A stretch of DNA of 64,000 bases from Lepidodermella squamata (lineage: Eukaryota; Animalia; Gastrotricha): contig JBLDXI010000031.1 in the NCBI GenBank assembly GCA_047495785.1, positions 1,992,235 to 2,056,234 on the forward strand, read 5' to 3'. This document shows positions 54,401 to 64,000 of this stretch, piece by piece. How positions within the stretch are numbered: the stretch's first letter is position 1; every line of letters begins with the position of its first letter. Both the position numbers and the translations under genes were made by a program. Under the pieces are notes generated by a model that did no database searches, was not told where the DNA came from, and worked only from the letters and a program-made list of their open reading frames with translations.

Positions 54401-57400
54401 ACCAGTGCAAATCACTCATGTTCGTGTGTCATTCGTTTGTGGCAGCAACGCCATGCACGTTTGCAGGCGATTCGGGCACATCTCAGGTGACGCCTATTTC
54501 GCTGCAAGCCGCAGAAGGCTGGAATCGTTGTGTTCAGCTCTTGTACGTACCGCAGCTATGCGGAAACGGGCTGAAACCAGGTAAACCATGCACATTCGCG
54601 CTTCTTTCGATAGCGGCAGCAAGCGCAAACACGTTTGCAGCCGATACGCGCATATTTCGGGTGACCGATATTTCGCTGCCAGCCATAACAGGCTGAAACC
54701 GCTGTTTTCGCCACTTGCCCGTGTCGCCGCGGTTCGGCATCGTGCCCAACCAGTGCAAATCACTCATGTTCGTGTGTCATTCGTTTGTGGCAGCAACGCC
54801 ATGCACGTTTGCAGGCGATTCGGGCACATCTCAGGTGACGCCAATTTCGCTGCAAGCCGCAGAAGGCTGGAATCGTTGTGCTCAGCTCTTGTACGTACCG
54901 CAGCTATGCGGAAACGGGCTGAAACCAGGTTAACCATGCACATTCGCGCTTCATTCGATAGCGGCAGCAAGCGCAAACACGTTTGCAGCCGATACGCGCA
55001 TATTTCGGATGACCGATATTTCGCTGCCAGCCATAACAGGCTGAAACCGCTGTTTTCGCCACTTGCCCGTGTCGCCGCGGTTCGGCATCGTGCCGAACCA
55101 GTGCAAATCACTCATGTTCGTGTGTCATTCGTTTGTGGCAGCAACGCCATGCACGTTTGCAGGCGATTCGGGCACATCTCAGGTGACGCCTATTTCGCTG
55201 CAAGCCGCAGAAGGCTGGAATCGTTGTGTTCAGCTCTTGTACGTACCGCAGCTATGCGGAAACGGGCTGAAACCAGGTAAACCATGCACATTCGCGCTTC
55301 TTTCGATAGCGGCAGCAAGCGCAAACACGTTTGCAGCCGATACGCGCATATTTCGGGTGACCGATATTTCGCTGCCAGCCATAACAGGCTGAAACCGCTG
55401 TTTTCGCCACTTGCCCGTGTCGCCGCGGTTCGGCATCGTGCCCAACCAGTGCTAATCACTCATGTTCGTGTGTCATTCGTTTGTGGCAGCAACGCCATGC
55501 ACGTTTGCAGGCGATTCGGGCACATCTCAGGTGACGCCTATTTCGCTGCAAGCCGCAGAAGGCTGGAATCGTTGTGTTCAGCTCTTGTACGTACCGCAGC
55601 TATGCGGAAACGGGCTGAAACCAGGTAAACCATGCACATTCGCGCTTCTTTCGATAGCGGCAGCAAGCGCAAACACGTTTGCAGCCGATACGCGCATATT
55701 TCGGGTGACCGATATTTCGCTGCCAGCCATAACAGGCTGAAACCGCTGTTTTCGCCACTTGCCCGTGTCGCCGCGGTTCGGCATCGTGCCCAACCAGTGC
55801 TAATCACTCATGTTCGTGTGTCATTCGTTTGTGGCAGCAACGCCATGCACGTTTGCAGGCGATTCGGGCACATCTCAGGTGACGCCTATTTCGCTGCAAG
55901 CCGCAGAAGGCTGGAATCGTTGTGTTCAGCCCTTGTACGTACCGCAGCTATGCGGAAACGGGCTGAAACCAGGTTAACCATGCACATTCGCGCTTCATTC
56001 GATAGCGGCAGCAAGCGCAAACACGTTTGCAGCCGATACGCGCATATTCCGGATGACCGATATTTCGCTGCCAGCCATAACAGGCTGAAACCGCTGTTTT
56101 CGCCACTTGCCCGTGTCGCCGCGGTTCGGCATCGTGCCCAACCAGTGCTAATCACTCATGTTCGTGTGTCATTCGTTTGTGGCAGCAACGCCATGCACGT
56201 TTGCAGGCGATTCGGGCACATCTCAGGTGACGCCTATTTCGCTGCAAGCCGCAGAAGGCTGGAATCGTTGTGCTCAGCTCTTGTACGTACCGCAGCTATG
56301 CGGAAACGGGCTGAAACCAGGTTAACCATGCACATTCGCGCTTCATTCGATAGCGGCAGCAAGCGCAAACACGTTTGCAGCCGATACGCGCATATTTCGG
56401 ATGACCGATATTTCGCTGCCAGCCATAACAGGCTGAAACCGCTGTTTTCGCCACTTGCCCGTGTCGCCGCGGTTCGGCATCGTGCCCAACCAGTGCTAAT
56501 CACTCATGTTCGTGTGTCATTCGTTTGTGGCAGCAACGCCATGCACGTTTGCAGGCGATTCGGGCACATCTCAGGTGACGCCAATTTCGCTGCAAGCCGC
56601 AGAAGGCTGGAATCGTTGTGCTCAGCTCTTGTACGTACCGCAGCTATGCGGAAACGGGCTGAAACCAGGTTAACCATGCACATTCGCGCTTCATTCGATA
56701 GCGGCAGCAAGCGCAAACACGTTTGCAGCCGATACGCGCATATTTCGGATGACCGATATTTCGCTGCCAGCCATAACAGGCTGAAACCGCTGTTTTCGCC
56801 ACTTGCCCGTGTCGCCGCGGTTCGGCATCGTGCCCAACCAGTGCTAATCACTCATGTTCGTGTGTCATTCGTTTGTGGCAGCAACGCCATGCACGTTTGC
56901 AGGCGATTCGGGCACATCTCAGGTGACGCCTATTTCGCTGCAAGCCGCAGAAGGCTGGAATCGTTGTGTTCAGCTCTTGTACGTACCGCAGCTATGCGGA
57001 AACGGGCTGAAACCAGGTTAACCATGCACATTCGCGCTTCATTCGATAGCGGCAGCAAGCGCAAACACGTTTGCAGCCGATACGCGCATATTTCGGATGA
57101 CCGATATTTCGCTGCCAGCCATAACAGGCTGAAACCGCTGTTTTCGCCACTTGCCCGTGTCGCGCGGTTCGGCATCGTGCCCAACCAGTGCAAATCACTC
57201 ATGTTCGTGTGTCATTCGTTTGTGGCAGCAACGCCATGCACGTTTGCAGGCGATTCGGGCACATCTCAGGTGACGCCTATTTCGCTGCAAGCCGCAGAAG
57301 GCTGGAATCGTTGTGTTCAGCCCTTGTACGTACCGCAGCTATGCGGAAACGGACTGAAACCAGGTAAACCATGCACATTCGCGCTTCATTCGATAGCGGC

Positions 57401-60400
57401 AGCAAGCGCAAACACGTTTGCAGTCGATACGCGCATATTCGGATGACCGATATTTCGCTGCCAGCCATAACAGGCGGAAACCGCTGTTTTCGCCACTTGC
57501 CCGTGTCGCCGCGGTTCGGCATCGTGCCCAACCAGTGCAAATCACTCATGTTCGTGTGTCATTCGTTTGTGGCAGCAACGCCATGCACGTTTGCAGGCGA
57601 TTCGGGCACATCTCAGGTGACGCCAATTTCGCTGCAAGCCGCAGAAGGCTGGAATCGTTGTGCTCAGCTCTTGTACGTACCGCAGCTATGCGGAAACGGG
57701 CTGAAACCAGGTTAACCATGCACATTCGCGCTTCATTCGATAGCGGCAGCAAGCGCAAACACGTTTGCAGCCGATACGCGCATATTTCGGATGACCGATA
57801 TTTCGCTGCCAGCCATAACAGGCTGAAACCGCTGTTTTCGCCACTTGCCCGTGTCGCCGCGGTTCGGCATCGTGCCGAACCAGTGCAAATCACTCATGTT
57901 CGTGTGTCATTCGTTTGTGGCAGCAACGCCATGCACGTTTGCAGGCGATTCGGGCACATCTCAGGTGACGCCTATTTCGCTGCAAGCCGCAGAAGGCTGG
58001 AATCGTTGTGTTCAGCTCTTGTACGTACCGCAGCTATGCGGAAACGGGCTGAAACCAGGTAAACCATGCACATTCGCGCTTCTTTCGATAGCGGCAGCAA
58101 GCGCAAACACGTTTGCAGCCGATACGCGCATATTTCGGGTGACCGATATTTCGCTGCCAGCCATAACAGGCTGAAACCGCTGTTTTCGCCACTTGCCCGT
58201 GTCGCCGCGGTTCGGCATCGTGCCCAACCAGTGCTAATCACTCATGTTCGTGTGTCATTCGTTTGTGGCAGCAACGCCATGCACGTTTGCAGGCGATTCG
58301 GGCACATCTCAGGTGACGCCTATTTCGCTGCAAGCCGCAGAAGGCTGGAATCGTTGTGTTCAGCTCTTGTACGTACCGCAGCTATGCGGAAACGGGCTGA
58401 AACCAGGTAAACCATGCACATTCGCGCTTCTTTCGATAGCGGCAGCAAGCGCAAACACGTTTGCAGCCGATACGCGCATATTTCGGGTGACCGATATTTC
58501 GCTGCCAGCCATAACAGGCTGAAACCGCTGTTTTCGCCACTTGCCCGTGTCGCCGCGGTTCGGCATCGTGCCCAACCAGTGCTAATCACTCATGTTCGTG
58601 TGTCATTCGTTTGTGGCAGCAACGCCATGCACGTTTGCAGGCGATTCGGGCACATCTCAGGTGACGCCTATTTCGCTGCAAGCCGCAGAAGGCTGGAATC
58701 GTTGTGTTCAGCCCTTGTACGTACCGCAGCTATGCGGAAACGGACTGAAACCAGGTAAACCATGCACATTCGCGCTTCATTCGATAGCGGCAGCAAGCGC
58801 AAACACGTTTGCAGCCGATACGCGCATATTCCGGATGACCGATATTTCGCTGCCAGCCATAACAGGCGGAAACCGCTGTTTTCGCCACTTGCCCGTGTCG
58901 CCGCGGTTCGGCATCGTGCCCAACCAGTGCTAATCACTCATGTTCGTGTGTCATTCGTTTGTGGCAGCAACGCCATGCACGTTTGCAGGCGATTCGGGCA
59001 CATCTCAGGTGACGCCTATTTCGCTGCAAGCCGCAGAAGGCTGGAATCGTTGTGCTCAGCTCTTGTACGTACCGCAGCTATGCGGAAACGGGCTGAAACC
59101 AGGTTAACCATGCACATTCGCGCTTCATTCGATAGCGGCAGCAAGCGCAAACACGTTTGCAGCCGATACGCGCATATTTCGGATGACCGATATTTCGCTG
59201 CCAGCCATAACAGGCTGAAACCGCTGTTTTCGCCACTTGCCCGTGTCGCCGCGTTCGGCATCGTGCCCAACCAGTGCTAATCACTCATGTTCGTGTGTCA
59301 TTCGTTTGTGGCAGCAACGCCATGCACGTTTGCATGCGATTCGGGCACATCTCAGGTGACGCCTATTTCGCTGCAAGCCGCAGAAGGCTGGAATCGTTGT
59401 GTTCAGCCCTTGTACGTACCGCAGCTATGCGGAAACGGACTGAAACCAGGTAAACCATGCACATTCGCGCTTCATTCGATAGCGGCAGCAAGCGCAAACA
59501 CGTTTGCAGCCGATACGCGCATATTTCGGGTGACCGATATTTCGCTGCCAGCCATAACAGGCTGAAACCGCTGTTTTCGCCACTTGCCCGTGTCGCCGCG
59601 GTTCGGCATCGTGCCGAACCAGTGCAAATCACTCATGTTCGTGTGTCATTCGTTTGTGGCAGCAACGCCATGCACGTTTGCAGGCGATTCGGGCACATCT
59701 CAGGTGACGCCTATTTCGCTGCAAGCCGCAGAAGGCTGGAATCGTTGTGTTCAGCTCTTGTACGTACCGCAGCTATGCGGAAACGGGCTGAAACCAGGTA
59801 AACCATGCACATTCGCGCTTCTTTCGATAGCGGCAGCAAGCGCAAACACGTTTGCAGCCGATACGCGCATATTTCGGGTGACCGATATTTCGCTGCCAGC
59901 CATAACAGGCTGAAACCGCTGTTTTCGCCACTTGCCCGTGTCGCCGCGGTTCGGCATCGTGCCGAACCAGTGCAAATCACTCATGTTCGTGTGTCATTCG
60001 TTTGTGGCAGCAACGCCATGCACGTTTGCAGGCGATTCGGGCACATCTCAGGTGACGCCAATTTCGCTGCAAGCCGCAGAAGGCTGGAATCGTTGTGCTC
60101 AGCTCTTGTACGTACCGCAGCTATGCGGAAACGGGCTGAAACCAGGTTAACCATGCACATTCGCGCTTCATTCGATAGCGGCAGCAAGCGCAAACACGTT
60201 TGCAGCCGATACGCGCATATTTCGGATGACCGATATTTCGCTGCCAGCCATAACAGGCTGAAACCGCTGTTTTCGCCACTTGCCCGTGTCGCCGCGGTTC
60301 GGCATCGTGCCGAACCAGTGCAAATCACTCATGTTCGTGTGTCATTCGTTTGTGGCAGCAACGCCATGCACGTTTGCAGGCGATTCGGGCACATCTCAGG

Positions 60401-63400
60401 TGACGCCTATTTCGCTGCAAGCCGCAGAAGGCTGGAATCGTTGTGTTCAGCTCTTGTACGTACCGCAGCTATGCGGAAACGGGCTGAAACCAGGTAAACC
60501 ATGCACATTCGCGCTTCTTTCGATAGCGGCAGCAAGCGCAAACACGTTTGCAGCCGATACGCGCATATTTCGGGTGACCGATATTTCGCTGCCAGCCATA
60601 ACAGGCTGAAACCGCTGTTTTCGCCACTTGCCCGTGTCGCCGCGGTTCGGCATCGTGCCCAACCAGTGCTAATCACTCATGTTCGTGTGTCATTCGTTTG
60701 TGGCAGCAACGCCATGCACGTTTGCAGGCGATTCGGGCACATCTCAGGTGACGCCTATTTCGCTGCAAGCCGCAGAAGGCTGGAATCGTTGTGTTCAGCT
60801 CTTGTACGTACCGCAGCTATGCGGAAACGGGCTGAAACCAGGTAAACCATGCACATTCGCGCTTCTTTCGATAGCGGCAGCAAGCGCAAACACGTTTGCA
60901 GCCGATACGCGCATATTTCGGGTGACCGATATTTCGCTGCCAGCCATAACAGGCTGAAACCGCTGTTTTCGCCACTTGCCCGTGTCGCCGCGGTTCGGCA
61001 TCGTGCCCAACCAGTGCTAATCACTCATGTTCGTGTGTCATTCGTTTGTGGCAGCAACGCCATGCACGTTTGCAGGCGATTCGGGCACATCTCAGGTGAC
61101 GCCTATTTCGCTGCAAGCCGCAGAAGGCTGGAATCGTTGTGTTCAGCCCTTGTACGTACCGCAGCTATGCGGAAACGGACTGAAACCAGGTAAACCATGC
61201 ACATTCGCGCTTCTTTCGATAGCGGCAGCAAGCGCAAACACGTTTGCAGCCGATACGCGCATATTTCGGGTGACCGATATTTCGCTGCCAGCCATAACAG
61301 GCTGAAACCGCTGTTTTCGCCACTTGCCCGTGTCGCCGCGGTTCGGCATCGTGCCCAACCAGTGCTAATCACTCATGTTCGTGTGTCATTCGTTTGTGGC
61401 AGCAACGCCATGCACGTTTGCAGGCGATTCGGGCACATCTCAGGTGACGCCTATTTCGCTGCAAGCCGCAGAAGGCTGGAATCGTTGTGTTCAGCTCTTG
61501 TACGTACCGCAGCTATGCGGAAACGGGCTGAAACCAGGTAAACCATGCACATTCGCGCTTCTTTCGATAGCGGCAGCAAGCGCAAACACGTTTGCAGCCG
61601 ATACGCGCATATTTCGGGTGACCGATATTTCGCTGCCAGCCATAACAGGCTGAAACCGCTGTTTTCGCCACTTGCCCGTGTCGCCGCGGTTCGGCATCGT
61701 GCCCAACCAGTGCTAATCACTCATGTTCGTGTGTCATTCGTTTGTGGCAGCAACGCCATGCACGTTTGCAGGCGATTCGGGCACATCTCAGGTGACGCCT
61801 ATTTCGCTGCAAGCCGCAGAAGGCTGGAATCGTTGTGTTCAGCCCTTGTACGTACCGCAGCTATGCGGAAACGGACTGAAACCAGGTAAACCATGCACAT
61901 TCGCGCTTCATTCGATAGCGGCAGCAAGCGCAAACACGTTTGCAGCCGATACGCGCATATTCCGGATGACCGATATTTCGCTGCCAGCCATAACAGGCTG
62001 AAACCGCTGTTTTCGCCACTTGCCCGTGTCGCCGCGGTTCGGCATCGTGCCCAACCAGTGCTAATCACTCATGTTCGTGTGTCATTCGTTTGTGGCAGCA
62101 ACGCCATGCACGTTTGCAGGCGATTCGGGCACATCTCAGGTGACGCCTATTTCGCTGCAAGCCGCAGAAGGCTGGAATCGCTGTGTTCAGCCCTTGTACG
62201 TACCGCAGCTATGCGGAAACGGACTGAAACCAGGTAAACCATGCACATTCGCGCTTCTTTCGATAGCGGCAGCAAGCGCAAACACGTTTGCAGCCGATAC
62301 GCGCATATTTCGGGTGACCGATATTTCGCTGCCAGCCATAACAGGCTGAAACCGCTGTTTTCGCCACTTGCCCGTGTCGCCGCGGTTCGGCATCGTGCCC
62401 AACCAGTGCTAATCACTCATGTTCGTGTGTCATTCGTTTGTGGCAGCAACGCCATGCACGTTTGCAGGCGATTCGGGCACATCTCAGGTGACGCCTATTT
62501 CGCTGCAAGCCGCAGAAGGCTGGAATCGTTGTGTTCAGCTCTTGTACGTACCGCAGCTATGCGGAAACGGGCTGAAACCAGGTAAACCATGCACATTCGC
62601 GCTTCTTTCGATAGCGGCAGCAAGCGCAAACACGTTTGCAGCCGATACGCGCATATTTCGGGTGACCGATATTTCGCTGCCAGCCATAACAGGCTGAAAC
62701 CGCTGTTTTCGCCACTTGCCCGTGTCGCCGCGGTTCGGCATCGTGCCCAACCAGTGCTAATCACTCATGTTCGTGTGTCATTCGTTTGTGGCAGCAACGC
62801 CATGCACGTTTGCAGGCGATTCGGGCACATCTCAGGTGACGCCAATTTCGCTGCAAGCCGCAGAAGGCTGGAATCGTTGTGTTCAGCCCTTGTACGTACC
62901 GCAGCTATGCGGAAACGGACTGAAACCAGGTAAACCATGCACATTCGCGCTTCATTCGATAGCGGCAGCAAGCGCAAACACGTTTGCAGCCGATACGCGC
63001 ATATTCCGGATGACCGATATTTCGCTGCCAGCCATAACAGGCTGAAACCGCTGTTTTCGCCACTTGCCCGTGTCGCCGCGGTTCGGCATCGTGCCCAACC
63101 AGTGCTAATCACTCATGTTCGTGTGTCATTCGTTTGTGGCAGCAACGCCATGCACGTTTGCAGGCGATTCGGGCACATCTCAGGTGACGCCTATTTCGCT
63201 GCAAGCCGCAGAAGGCTGGAATCGTTGTGTTCAGCCCTTGTACGTACCGCAGCTATGCGGAAACGGACTGAAACCAGGTAAACCATGCACATTCGCGCTT
63301 CATTCGATAGCGGCAGCAAGCGCAAACACGTTTGCAGCCGATACGCGCATATTCCGGATGACCGATATTTCGCTGCCAGCAATAACAGGCTGAAACCGCT

Positions 63401-64000
63401 GTTTTCGCCACTTGCCCGTGTCGCCGCGGTTCGGCATCGTGCCGAACCAGTGCAAATCACTCATGTTCGTGTGTCATTCGTTTGTGGCAGCAACGCCATG
63501 CACGTTTGCAGGCGATTCGGGCACATCTCAGGTGACGCCTATTTCGCTGCAAGCCGCAGAAGGCTGGAATCGTTGTGATCAGCCCTTGTACGTACCGCAG
63601 CTATGCGGAAACGGACTGAAACCAGGTAAACCATGCACATTCGCGCTTCTTTCGATAGCGGCAGCAAGCGCAAACACGTTTGCAGCCGATACGCGCATAT
63701 TTCGGGTGACCGATATTTCGCTGCCAGCCATAACAGGCTGAAACCGCTGTTTTCGCCACTTGCCCGTGTCGCCGCGGTTCGGCATCGTGCCCAACCAGTG
63801 CTAATCACTCATGTTCGTGTGTCATTCGTTTGTGGCAGCAACGCCATGCACGTTTGCAGGCGATTCGGGCACATCTCAGGTGACGCCTATTTCGCTGCAA
63901 GCCGCAGAAGGCTGGAATCGTTGTGTTCAGCTCTTGTACGTACCGCAGCTATGCGGAAACGGGCTGAAACCAGGTAAACCATGCACATTCGCGCTTCTTT
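9432..64000. repeat. Satellite array, right arm: ~157 copies of the same 348-bp unit, head-to-tail, same orientation
   Basis: The 348-bp period continues to the window end. Units differ by a few substitutions, nine 1-bp indels and one ~20-bp replacement. The array resumes after the transposon in exact register (4939 to 9479 = 348 + 4188 + 4). Confidence 0.99.

Noticed and set aside
55632-57446. Long ORFs of 604, 462 and 346 aa (also at 52500 and 50760)
   Set aside because: They arise because 348 is divisible by 3 and the GGTAAACC>GGTTAACC variant removes the only stop in that frame in consecutive units.
67-63977. Hundreds of repeated 60-115 aa ORFs on both strands, read as a tandem gene family
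   Set aside because: They are open in several overlapping frames at once, have no recognisable domain, and gain or lose stops at random through satellite variants. The 174-bp A/B similarity is at the DNA level.
1-64000. CRISPR array, or tandem 5S rRNA/tRNA/snRNA gene array
   Set aside because: There are no unique spacers or cas genes, and I recognise no 5S, tRNA or snRNA sequence in the unit. An Rfam scan was not run.

Overview
This window is eukaryotic satellite DNA. About 93% is a single-orientation tandem array of a GC- and CpG-rich 348-bp unit (~172 copies). Each unit is a dimer of two 174-bp monomers that align without gaps at ~67% identity (hand count), which suggests a centromere-type satellite. 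The array is interrupted once, at 5244-9431, by a 4188-bp cut-and-paste DNA transposon with imperfect 28-bp TIRs (5'-CGATG...) and an ATAT target-site duplication. Its transposase has Sola1-type motifs (PRKDTCxxC, FDMQ, WSDSTGSQNK, GHSQMECDS). The gene is interrupted by a probable 37-nt GC-AG intron, a 1-bp frameshift and a nested ~375-bp pyrimidine-rich insertion; repairing these gives ~622 aa. Within the array there are variant domains, local 3-, 5- and 7-unit duplications, strict length conservation, and one unit (40891-40909) where ~20 bp are replaced by unrelated sequence of the same length. The hundreds of short ORFs in the track are artefacts of the repeat. No host genes, RNA genes or CRISPR arrays are supported.
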